Positions 12,661 through 22,964 of a stretch of DNA of 64,000 bases are shown piece by piece. The DNA is from Zancudomyces culisetae HAW-14-8 (taxonomy: Eukaryota; Fungi; Kickxellomycota). The position numbers and the translations under genes are program-made. Position 1 is the stretch's first letter. Each line of letters begins with the position of its first letter. The stretch spans positions 1,302,001-1,366,000 of the forward strand of contig JBNJNM010000021.1 of the NCBI GenBank assembly GCA_052426225.1. The letters run 5' to 3'. Under the pieces are notes generated by a model. It was given only the letters and a program-made list of their open reading frames with translations. It made no database searches and was not told the DNA's origin.

Positions 12661-13115
12661 GATATATAGTAGCGTAGATCATATCTAACCTCGATATAAT
12701 CGGCACTCCAATTAGGTTTGTTTATTTATATTAATTTTATTATTAATAAATGTAGGTTTAAATGTATGATCTGCTAAGGTTAATAATTATTTTATTTAAC
12801 ATTACAAAGTTCTAGTTTAGTTTTTTTGATCTTCGGGTTTTTTCTAGATTAGAATTAATAACAAAAAAATAGGTTTTAATTATTATATAGTTTTATCGTA
12901 GTTTATTAAGTATTAGTTAGTTTTAAAGTTATTAATACTTGAAGTATTTCAGTAAGTCGAAATATATCAATAAATTCAGTTTTGATCTATTTACTAGAAG
13001 TCTATAACTTATATATAATTTAATCATGAATAAATATATTTAAATACATATTAGTATCAAAGTAAATATTAGTTTTAATTAAGCGAAATAAAAGAACCAA
13101 CTCGCTAACAAAACA

Positions 13116-13445
13116 TGTAGTATAGTAATACATTAGAACTCTTAATTCATTGAGATTTCAAATCTCAATATTTTATTGTAGTTAAATTATAGTATAGTTA
13201 TCTTTTTTTTTAGATTGGACTTTTTTCCCCCCATGGTTTTGTCCATGGATTTATTTTTTGGAGTTTTGAATAATAATTACAGTAAAGTTTTTGGGGTTAA
13301 AGCAAATGCCCACTTGAAATTTAAATAAAACAATCTTCACATATTATTAAAATAGAGATAAGTTTTAATAAGTATAAATAACAAACATACAGTAAGTTAC
13401 TTATATAGTATATGTAAGAAGTAAATATAAACATTTTAGTTAACA
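13116..13445 (+). mobile_element. Probable older solo LTR in the stack
   Basis: TGTAG start 5 bp after a ...CTAACA end (13110); ends TTAACA; contains the TTGGACTTTTT-CCC LTR motif; TSD not resolved. Confidence 0.5.
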
Positions 13446-13448
13446 AAA

Positions 13449-14043
13449 TGTTGTATGCAAAAGCATCAACTTAAATTTACCGCTTTCATTGCAGCAAAAT
13501 AGCAGAGAAATCAATTTTGAAAAAATTGTTTCCTGCGCAATTCAATTTAGAGTACAAAAATTATGACCATGTCATAAATTTTTGTCAATTTTACAGCCAA
13601 TTTAATAGTTCAAATCGATTTATTTTTTAGTCGAATCGATTTCATAATTTAATAGGGATTTATTATTAATCAATTTTAGTAGTAAATTATTAGTATAAAT
13701 TGAAAAATTTGTAAACTCGACCAAAACCACACTAAAAGTAAAAATAAACATATATAGAGAGGCGTAATACTATTTTTTTAGTGTAAGGAAAGGGCCATTT
13801 TGGCTATATTTTCCAGGTTTTGGGAGGAATTCTTTTAAATAAAATTATTTTTACCAAAAATTGTGGAAATTGTCCAGTTGTGTTCTTTCCGAGGGGGTTT
13901 TATAGATAGTGGTTAACTGGCTAGAAATGGTAAATCCTGTGTCAGTAATAACCACCCTTCTAGGGAACCGTGATTGATATTAGTGGAAGTTTTTTGGGAA
14001 AATCCTATTGGACTAGTACTAAAAAATGAAAACAAATTCAACA
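13449..14043 (+). mobile_element. Solo LTR family A (595 bp), TSD AAAA
   Basis: TGTTG...CAACA; AAAA at 13445-13448 and 14044-14047; second copy at 1-809. Confidence 0.8.
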
Positions 14044-14049
14044 AAAATT

Positions 14050-14314
14050 TGTTGTATGCAAAATAGAATGTTTGCATACTATTGGTTAATTTTATGGTTA
14101 GTAATTTTATTAGTTTTTCTAGTAAAATTTAGTATTTAAGTAATTATTATTTTGAATCTTAAATAAATTGTCAAATTTTGACCCATATAAATGTTCCGGT
14201 TCCATTTATATTTATGACTAGAAAGTGGTAACTAGTTAAAAGGGTTAAACCCAGTCTAGTGATACCACCCCTCTAGTAGAACCAGTTAGAATCCATAATA
14301 AATTGAATCTAACA
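14050..14314. mobile_element. Solo LTR family C (265 bp), TSD AATT
   Basis: TGTT...AACA; AATT at 14046-14049 and 14315-14318; first 14 nt identical to the LTR A start. Confidence 0.75.
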
Positions 14315-14318
14315 AATT

Positions 14319-14804
14319 TGTTGTAAATATTTTTATGTTTATATTTATTTTATATTTTTATTTATAAGTTATTTATATTAAAGATAGATTTAAAGATTAA
14401 TAAAGTTGTTATTAAAATTAATGTTGTTGTTATAATGATGTCTTTCACTTTTGTCAAAAATCTAGGGTTTATATAGTTTTATTTCTCCTTGATTCACATT
14501 CTCGTTTGTATCAGGTTTTGGAGTTTTTCTGACAAGTTTCACTAAATATTGTGTTTCTTATCTTCTTCCCCTTGTTTTATCTTGTTTTAACTACTCCTGA
14601 TTAACATCTCATATCTTTTCCCCGTTTTTCACTAACGAGGTACATTGTAATTTATCATTAAGATAAATTACATTGATTTATTCTGAAACATAAAAGTGCG
14701 ATGATAATAATAGACGGTAATAATACTAATAAAAATAATCAAATGTATGGGGAAAAACCCAGTGGGAAAAAATGTCCATAGCTATACTATAAAAACTAAT
14801 ACGA
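14319..14804 (-). mobile_element. Solo LTR family B; its last 2 bp are displaced to 20128-20129 by the intact element; TSD AATT
   Basis: TGTTGTA...TACGA[element]ACGACA; AATT at 14315-14318 and 20130-20133; homologous to 814-1216. Confidence 0.8.
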
Positions 14805-15224
14805 TGTTGCATAATTAATTATATATTATAAAAAATACGAATTGACAAAGTCAATTCTGATAAATTACTATATTAAAATTAGTGGAAAAATTGGACTCTT
14901 TTTTCCCTAACAATTTGGGTTTTTTTAATGAGCCAAGAAATTACAAAACAAAAATTGATAACACAAAAAAATTGAGATAACAAAATAGATGGAAAAAAAA
15001 ATAGTTTATATATAAATTTTATTTATAGTTTGGAAGAATAACTTTTAGGATAACAACTTTTTAGCAATAAAAAATAAAGAATAATAACCAAAATAATAAG
15101 CAAGTCTTAATAGTTAGTTAGAGTTTCGAACAAAACAAGTAGATAATTAACTTTTCTATTAAATTTTAAACCAACTAAATACGAATAACTACGACTACTA
15201 GCAGAAAAGGGTCGAAAGTTAACA
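14805..15224 (+). repeat. 5' LTR of the intact element
   Basis: TGTTGCA...GTTAACA; direct repeat of 19704-20123. Confidence 0.97.
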
Positions 15225-15225
15225 G

Positions 15226-15244
15226 TGGTGATCCAGCCAGGACT
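15226..15244 (+). promoter_or_regulatory. Primer-binding site complementary to tRNA-Arg(ACG)
   Basis: TGGTGATCCAGCCAGGACT is the reverse complement of AGTCCTGGCTGGATCA (20193-20208) plus CCA. Confidence 0.97.
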
Positions 15245-15294
15245 TGGAGTCCGTTTTATAGCTAAAATATTAAATAAACACCTTTAAATCAAAC

Positions 15295-18200
15295 ATGACA
15301 CTAGTTGAAAAGTTTAACTCAGAAATTGACAACCCAGAAGATTGGATTGATTCGTACAGTTTGAGTGCCAGACTCAGAAATTGGTCTGACGAAGATCTAA
15401 TAAAATATTTACCTGCACATCTAGGTAACCGTGAAAAGATTTGGTATATTAGGCAAAAGAGTACATTCACCGATTGGAATTCTGTCGTTTCTTCATTCAA
15501 TAAAAAGTTCATAAATAAAATCAAAGCTCATCAGTCAATCGAGACACTAAAAAGCATTTGTCAGTCAGGTTACAATTCTGTTGACGAATTTGAGTATGCT
15601 TTAGAAATAGCTCTACAAAAATCTGGTATAACAGATGACAAACATAAGGTCAATTGGTTAATCAGTGCATTGAGTCCAAAATATAAAGCAAGAGTCCTAG
15701 AATCAAATTATCAAGAGTGGGATACTATCATAAATGCCATAAATCTGGATATAGATACCCCTAGTTACAATTCTACAGACATCGCAGAGACAAATTCATC
15801 TACATCAAAATCTTACAGACTAACCGGACCTGGCAAACCAATAAAAGAAATGACTGATCAAAAGATTGGTTATGATGAGATGATATCCAAGATGGAAGAA
15901 TGGAGTATAAACTTACTTTCAAAAGTCGAAGAGGTTGTTGAAAAGAAAATTGACATTGCTATAAGTAAAAGTATGCAACAGCGTTATCAAAGGCCACCGT
16001 ACTGTTCTATCTGTAGAACAACAGGACACTACAAGAGTCAGTGTACAAAGATTGGAACTACCAAAACAGATGAGGTACAAAGTAAAAAAGAAATCAGCAC
16101 TATTGAGTTACTACCAGTCGATGACACGGATATTGACACTGATGACACGCCAGATAATGATGTTTACTTAGTGCAAAGGCAAAAAGCTAAATCAAATATC
16201 AGTAAGCCATATATAAGTGATAATAAACCAGTTAGAAAGATGAAACCTGTTATTATAAAACCTGAGGCAACTATAACAGATAATGTTGTGGACATGGATA
16301 TGGAAGTTACACCTGAAGTCACTATAGTGAATAAAAAACAGAAAACCATCCAGCGCATTATCGAAAACGTCGAGCCATTCAATCTACAATCTGAATTTAA
16401 CCAGTTTTATCCAAAGATTAGTCTACCTCAGTTAATAGCCGTTTCTCCTACCATAGCAACAGAGTTTAATAGTCTTTCTAAAAAAATAAAAAAACAAGAA
16501 GTAAATGAAATCAGGATATTACCACAAAAAATCAGCAACTGCCGGGTCATGGTCACGGTATTCAACAAAAACTATTGGGCTGTTGTTGACTCTGGAGCCG
16601 CTTGTTCTGTAACTACACCAAGCATGGTTGAGCAGTGGGGCATAGAACCAGAGGGTTGGCACAGACAAGTGTTGGTAACAGCTGATGGAACAAAACATCT
16701 CACTGAAGGTGTTATGAACAAAGTACCTATAACTATAGGAAATCACTTACTAGAAGCAGAGCTCATAGTTATGAATCGCAAAGGAAGTACTTTAATTCTC
16801 GGCACAGATTGGTTGTATAGGCACCACGGGATTATAGATCCAAGAAGCAGAGAACTAAAGATACACACACATTCAGAAATATTAGTTATACCAATGAAAA
16901 TACTTGCAGAAGATACGACTTACTGGCCACAAGAAACTGAGCTATATTTTATGGTGAAGAGTGAAAATGGTGTTGAAAGTGATAACAAGCAAATCGAGAA
17001 TGAAAGGTTTATCAAACTACGAGAGCAATATGCTGATATCTTTGTTGAAGACATAGGGGAGCTTACCCAAACTAATCTCACAGAGCATAGTATTGAACTA
17101 ACAGATCATACACCGATCAAGCAGCGCCCATACAGAATTCCCTATCATATGCAAGAAAAGGTTAGAAATGAGTTAATTGAAATGGAGAATAAAGGAATAA
17201 TTTCACCGTGTTATTCAGAGTGGTGTTCGCCAGTCGTAACAGTTTATAAAAAGAATGGCAGGTTAAGGATATGTGCAGATTATAGGAAGCTGAACCAGGT
17301 AACCAAAAAGGATTGTTATCCGTTACCTACTATAGATGATATATTTATGTCGCTTGCCGGAAGCAAAATATTTACCAGCTTAGACGCGCTATCTGGGTTT
17401 TGGCAAATAAGAATGGCAGCCAAAGACAGATTAAAAACCGCGTTTGCAATCCCTGGAGGCGGTAGCTACTGCTACAATGTCATGCCGTTTGGGCTGACAA
17501 ACAGCCCGGCCTCTTTTCAACGACTTATGGAGAAAGCCCTTTCGCCAGTACTTTGGAAGATCGCAGTCGTTTTTATTGACGACATTATTATTTACTCTCA
17601 GTCAGTTGAGCAGCATGTGGAGGATTTAAAAAAGGTATTTGAGCTACTTAGACAACATAAAATTCAACTGCATAGTGATAAGTGTTTATTAGGAATGAAT
17701 AAATTGTGTTACTTGGGACATACCGTGTCTTCTGAGGGAATTGGTACTACAAATGATAAAATAAAAGCAATTACAGAAGCAAAGGTACCTAATAACGTCA
17801 AGGAACTACAATCTTTTCTCGGTCTAGTCGGGTATTATCGCAAATTCGTGGACCGTTATGCATTGATTTCCGCGCCTTTAGTCAAACTACTTAGGAAAGA
17901 AAACACTTGGAAATGGTCTATTGAACAAGAAAATGCAGTTAATTTATTAAAACAAAGCCTTTGTACCGCACCCACATTAGCTCATCCAAATTGGGATTCA
18001 GAGTTTATACTTACCACTGACGCTTCAATTGAAGGCGTTGGTGCTATACTTTCACAATCTTCGGAACTTGGCGAGAGACCTATTTGTTTTGCTAGTAAAA
18101 CCACAAACAAGCATGAGAGAAATTACTCTATTACCCATCTCGAGGGTTTAGCTGTAATTTGGGGCGTAAAAAAATTCAAACATTACCTGTGGGGACGCCA

Positions 18201-19713
18201 TTTCACTATACGTACGGACCATAAAGCTTTACTGAATTTGTTCAATGGAAAAGATATAGCCGGAAGAGTAGCCAGGTGGGCTATGATTCTTCGAAATTAT
18301 GACTATACAATTGTCCATTGCAAAGGAAAGTCAAACCCCGCTGATGCCCTATCAAGATTAGAACCTACTACATCGGTTGAGGAAGTTATAGATGTATTTT
18401 CTGTAACAAAAATATCTAACGAAACTATTTTAGAATATTTACTAAATAATAGGTACCCAGAGCAAAGCGACGAAGTGTCAAAGAAAAAGATTAATTATTT
18501 ATCTAAAAAATTCAAGCTTATCAACAACAAATTATTCAAATTATGTAAGGAAGTTTGGAAGGAAGTTTTATTAAGAAATAACATAACTGAAAAGGTTAAA
18601 GAGATTCATGACGAGTCTCATCAAGGAATCGAGAATACGTGGAGGAGAATCGCAGAGAAGTATACAGGAAACGATTTATTTAAAACTGTTAAAAAAGTAG
18701 TAAAAGAATGTCTAGTATGTCAGAGATATATTGGAAATCGCAATAGGAACAACGAGCTTCAGCCGATATACGTCCACAAACCTTTTGGCATCTTTGGACT
18801 AGATGCAGTTGGCCCTATTAGTCCAGTATCTGCTCAAGGAAACCGTTACATTCTCACGGGCATTGACTATTTTACGCGCTGGCCTGTAGCTGAGGCCGTA
18901 GAAAATATAAAATCGGATACTATAATTAACTTTATAATAACTCACATAGTTCAGTACTACGGTACCCCCGATCAAATAATCACTGATAGAGGCTCGGGTT
19001 TTATCAGCGAAGCAGCAGACACAGTTTATAAGTACCTCGGAATTAAACATACACCATCCACACCGTATCGCCCGCAGTCAAATGGTCAGGTCGAGCGCCT
19101 GAACCAAACCCTAAAAAATACGTTAGCAAGACAATGCAAAGCAGACAAAAACAATTGGGACTCTTACTTATGGAAGTCGCTACTGGTTATCAGGACAATG
19201 AGAAACAGAAGCACAGGCATGAGCCCGGCCGAACTACTATACGGAGTAAAGTTAAGTACGCCTGCGTTATGGTCTCCGCCGGCCGAAATCAGCGATTTAG
19301 ATCTCGCCATCCAGGAAAGAATTGCAGCCATAAACACCAGTATACCCGAACTACGAAGCATAGGCTATCAAAAAAGTGTCAAAGCAAAGCAAAATATGAA
19401 GTTAATATATGACCGAAGAGTAAGATTAGTAAATTTCAAAGTTGACGAAATGGTCTTAAAACTGATTGAACACGTTACCGACAAGTTTCAGGAGGTATGG
19501 GAAGGTCCATACCGAGTGTTGAAAAAACTAAATTTAGGTGCTTACCTGATCGCAGATTCGGATGGAAATCGTGACATTGTGAATGGCGATTCACTGAAAA
19601 GTTTTTTCCATAGTAATCGAATGGTTCCTGAAGTTACTACACAGCTTAGATCGAAGTTGCAGCGTTTTAAAAACCCTGTACGTCCAATTTGGGATGGGGG
19701 TTCTGTTGCATAA
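15295..19713 (+). CDS. Single-ORF Gag-Pol polyprotein (CCHC knuckle, protease, RT, RNaseH, integrase; no chromodomain)
   Basis: CSICRTTGHYKSQC, VDSGA, MPFGL..FIDD, TDAS/TDH, H-H-C-C zinc finger, D-D-E, GPY. Confidence 0.97.
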   Translation: MTLVEKFNSEIDNPEDWIDSYSLSARLRNWSDEDLIKYLPAHLGNREKIWYIRQKSTFTDWNSVVSSFNKKFINKIKAHQSIETLKSICQSGYNSVDEFEYALEIALQKSGITDDKHKVNWLISALSPKYKARVLESNYQEWDTIINAINLDIDTPSYNSTDIAETNSSTSKSYRLTGPGKPIKEMTDQKIGYDEMISKMEEWSINLLSKVEEVVEKKIDIAISKSMQQRYQRPPYCSICRTTGHYKSQCTKIGTTKTDEVQSKKEISTIELLPVDDTDIDTDDTPDNDVYLVQRQKAKSNISKPYISDNKPVRKMKPVIIKPEATITDNVVDMDMEVTPEVTIVNKKQKTIQRIIENVEPFNLQSEFNQFYPKISLPQLIAVSPTIATEFNSLSKKIKKQEVNEIRILPQKISNCRVMVTVFNKNYWAVVDSGAACSVTTPSMVEQWGIEPEGWHRQVLVTADGTKHLTEGVMNKVPITIGNHLLEAELIVMNRKGSTLILGTDWLYRHHGIIDPRSRELKIHTHSEILVIPMKILAEDTTYWPQETELYFMVKSENGVESDNKQIENERFIKLREQYADIFVEDIGELTQTNLTEHSIELTDHTPIKQRPYRIPYHMQEKVRNELIEMENKGIISPCYSEWCSPVVTVYKKNGRLRICADYRKLNQVTKKDCYPLPTIDDIFMSLAGSKIFTSLDALSGFWQIRMAAKDRLKTAFAIPGGGSYCYNVMPFGLTNSPASFQRLMEKALSPVLWKIAVVFIDDIIIYSQSVEQHVEDLKKVFELLRQHKIQLHSDKCLLGMNKLCYLGHTVSSEGIGTTNDKIKAITEAKVPNNVKELQSFLGLVGYYRKFVDRYALISAPLVKLLRKENTWKWSIEQENAVNLLKQSLCTAPTLAHPNWDSEFILTTDASIEGVGAILSQSSELGERPICFASKTTNKHERNYSITHLEGLAVIWGVKKFKHYLWGRHFTIRTDHKALLNLFNGKDIAGRVARWAMILRNYDYTIVHCKGKSNPADALSRLEPTTSVEEVIDVFSVTKISNETILEYLLNNRYPEQSDEVSKKKINYLSKKFKLINNKLFKLCKEVWKEVLLRNNITEKVKEIHDESHQGIENTWRRIAEKYTGNDLFKTVKKVVKECLVCQRYIGNRNRNNELQPIYVHKPFGIFGLDAVGPISPVSAQGNRYILTGIDYFTRWPVAEAVENIKSDTIINFIITHIVQYYGTPDQIITDRGSGFISEAADTVYKYLGIKHTPSTPYRPQSNGQVERLNQTLKNTLARQCKADKNNWDSYLWKSLLVIRTMRNRSTGMSPAELLYGVKLSTPALWSPPAEISDLDLAIQERIAAINTSIPELRSIGYQKSVKAKQNMKLIYDRRVRLVNFKVDEMVLKLIEHVTDKFQEVWEGPYRVLKKLNLGAYLIADSDGNRDIVNGDSLKSFFHSNRMVPEVTTQLRSKLQRFKNPVRPIWDGGSVA
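19691..19700 (+). promoter_or_regulatory. Polypurine tract
   Basis: GGGATGGGGG 3 nt before the 3' LTR. Confidence 0.8.
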
Positions 19714-20123
19714 TTAATTATATATTATAAAAAATACGAATTGACAAAGTCAATTCTGATAAATTACTATATTAAAATTAGTGGAAAAATTGGACTCTTT
19801 TTTCCCTAACAATTTGGGTTTTTTTAATGAGCCAAGAAATTACAAAACAAAAATTGATAACACAAAAAAATTGAGATAACAAAATAGATGGAAAAAAAAA
19901 TAGTTTATATATAAATTTTATTTATAGTTTGGAAGAATAACTTTTAGGATAACAACTTTTTAGCAATAAAAAATAAAGAATAATAACCAAAATAATAAGC
20001 AAGTCTTAATAGTTAGTTAGAGTTTCGAACAAAACAAGTAGATAATTAACTTTTCTATTAAATTTTAAACCAACTAAATACGAATAACTACGACTACTAG
20101 CAGAAAAGGGTCGAAAGTTAACA
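19704..20123 (+). repeat. 3' LTR of the intact element
   Basis: Direct repeat of 14805-15224; followed by the ACGA TSD. Confidence 0.97.
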
Positions 20124-20135
20124 ACGACAAATTAA

Positions 20136-20208
20136 GGTCCTGTGGCCCAATGGATAAGGCGCTTGACTACGAATCAAGAGATTCCAGGTTCGAGTCCTGG
20201 CTGGATCA
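20136..20208 (+). tRNA. tRNA-Arg (anticodon ACG), intronless
   Basis: Cloverleaf: A box TGGCCCAATGG, anticodon arm CTTGA-CTACGAA-TCAAG, T arm CCAGG-TTCGAGT-CCTGG; T-runs at 20212-20215 and 20224-20228. Confidence 0.97.
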
Positions 20209-22964
20209 TGCTTTTACGTTTGGTTTTTATTGTATTTTTGTCATGGATACATTTTTACTGTAATTTACACAGTATTTCTTGTCTATTTGACAGATATTTC
20301 AAAAGGTTCAATGTAATTAATGGCATTTGTTTTTATAGCTTTGTCTTATTCTTATCATTTTCGATTTTATTCTGCTGGTTTGAAATTTTAGTATAACAAC
20401 TACTTTTTGCTAGCGAATCAATTGCAATTCTTTAGCGAAGATAATCACCAATGAATACATAGCGTGATCATTAATATTTTAACTAAACTAATCTAGTTTG
20501 AATGTCAGCACGATCAGTGAATAACAAGCGTGGACAACGAATAAAAGACACCATTATCATTTTCTTAACAGAAAATATTTTACATATACGTTTATATACA
20601 TATTAATTACAGTTAATACTTAATACAATATAGTTTAAATAGCGTTTTATTATTACTAAAACAATAATAAAATATAATAAACATTCGAATTACGGCGATC
20701 AGAACTATTGAAGTGATCCGCGACCTGAGTTTAACTGACATAATCACTGCTGTACCAAAATTGCCACCACAATAGCTTAAAATTATATCAGATTAATAAT
20801 AACATCTACAATATATTACAAAATTTAGTAAATTAGTATTATAATATAATTAACACAACTTTAATCTACTAATAACTTGTTATTATTTGTATCAACATTT
20901 AGTAAAATTATGTATAAATCTATACATTTGGTAAAGAAATGCTAATGCTTTTTTTCTTCTTTCTTTCTTTTTATCCGCATATCGATTGGATACTCAAGCT
21001 AAATAACTATAAATATTTTTATACTTTATCCCGATACAAGCACATTGGTAGCCGCAACAATCTATTAATTGCTTGTGGCTCGCTAGCAAAAATATTGTAA
21101 ATGTTACAAGTACTGATATTAAATATTGCGATTACATTCTTTTTGTATAATGATATTTTTTAATAATAAGAATTTTGTGCTCTACTAGTATTTAATTTTA
21201 ATTTATTTGTTAAAGCACTTTATAATGTATGTAATTTTGTAAGGTTTTGAATATGTAGATATTATTGTGACGTTCCCTCGTTGTATAAGTTTGTCTTTTT
21301 TTTTCGAACTTTAATGTTTAAGCATGTTTATTAGTTTACTTACGTATTAGTTTATATACTTATTATCTGTTATTGTGTTTTATAATAATGTTTTCCTTAT
21401 TTTTTGCGTGTTATTTTTTTGTTTGTTTTGTTTGTTTATTAAAAGAGTTAGGTATTGGCCTGAATGATTGATACCAGAGTATTAGATAAAAATATAGTGT
21501 ATGGGAAATGAACCATTTTCTAACAGTTAATCATTAGATATTGTATTTTGTATTAACTATTATCATTGAAAAATAACTTTTAAAATAATCAAATAGTTAA
21601 CAGAGCTAGTTCATTTATCCGTGCTAGTATAAATTGATATTACGTACTTACCATACTATGTTACCACTTGAAAATATATTATATTGAAAATCAACCTACA
21701 ATTATTCCAAACTTTTAGTTCTACTGTTAATTAGATCAGTCTTTATTTAAAATTGAAGTAAACATTGTAAAGTATGCAAAGTTCAACCTCGGCAAATTAT
21801 AATAGAATTCACCTTTTAGTGATTTCACACTTTGCCTAATTTTAGTATATTTTTAAATTTTGTACTTGGTATATGGTTTATTATTAAATATGGTGTAAAA
21901 TTTTTATATAAATTTTTTTAATAGCCAAAAAGGTCGTGACAAACAGTACTTAACAGGAAAAAGTATCATGTGGATAAGGGTGTAGTTGATTATATAATTA
22001 CATTATAACCTTGTCAAACGGTTTTAAATGAAAAATGTTTAGGTATATATAACACATACTAATAAGGAAAATGGGTCAATCCTTTACTGTTTATCTTAAT
22101 TTGGAACAATATTACAAAACTAATTTTGTGACATTTAATAGTATTTAATAGTTTAGTTTGTACACTTGCATTAATATGTAACGAGTATGCTTGGTACTTA
22201 CAATTCTAAAGTTGTATTATATGAATTTATGTTCTTAACTTTAGATCTTATATCTCTATTTGGTTTAATCTTGGTTGTTTTTCTTATTCAATTTGTTTTA
22301 ATATCAGTTACGTCTTAATCACACTGTTGTGAATAATGAGGTCTTTAACTTTGAACCTATCCTTTAAAACTCTGAATTAATACTATTCATCCTTTTGTTA
22401 TTATTTGTAATCATGTTCAGAATTATTTTATAATTTATTGGTCTGATTATTTTTTTACAATTATAATTTCTTCAAATCTTAGTTAGATTCAGCAATTGGA
22501 AAGGTTAAGATCTTTAACCCTTTCACACGGTCCAACTTATTTTCTAATTTATTACTCAAAAATTTTGCCATAATTTTGGTGTTTTTTTAGTATTTTAGGT
22601 TATAAATATAATTAGTTTGATATAATTGGATTAAATGTATAATTCATTACAAGTATTGTAGAAATCTCCCCGTATTTTCATAAATTCATTTCAATCTCAA
22701 ACTAGTGTTACCATACCTAGAATAATTCTTTTTGATAGTTGAAACAAAAAAAAGATAGGAAATAGCAGCACCCCAATTTTTTAGTATGTGATAATTATTA
22801 ATACTTTAGTTCATCGAAAATCATTTAAAAGCAAGATTTTATAGCTAAAAACTAATATTATATATTTTTCTTCTCGGCTTTTTAAATTAAAACTGATTTA
22901 AAGAAAAAATAGTAATTTAAGTTTAAATCATATTATTTAGTTAAAAACAGCGGAATCACGAAAA

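Larger units (their letters stand above)
14805..20123 (+). mobile_element. Intact Ty3/gypsy LTR retrotransposon (5319 bp) inserted 12 bp upstream of tRNA-Arg
   Basis: 420-bp LTRs (14805-15224, 19704-20123) that look identical by eye; TSD ACGA; PBS; PPT; uninterrupted gag-pol ORF. Confidence 0.98.

Noticed and set aside
12313-12670. RIP-like TG-to-TA decay of LTR ends
   Set aside because: Only a few suggestive sites; the young element is unmutated and this cannot be judged without a consensus alignment.
13445-14320. CRISPR-like repeat-spacer reading of the AACA..TGTT junctions
   Set aside because: Eukaryotic DNA with units hundreds of bp long; explained by LTR termini plus TSDs.
20142-20396. 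84-aa ORF MAQWIRRLTTNQ...
   Set aside because: It is a translation of the tRNA gene.
20503-20740. TGTCAG...CTGACA possible solo LTR downstream of the tRNA
   Set aside because: No matching TSD and no second copy in the window.
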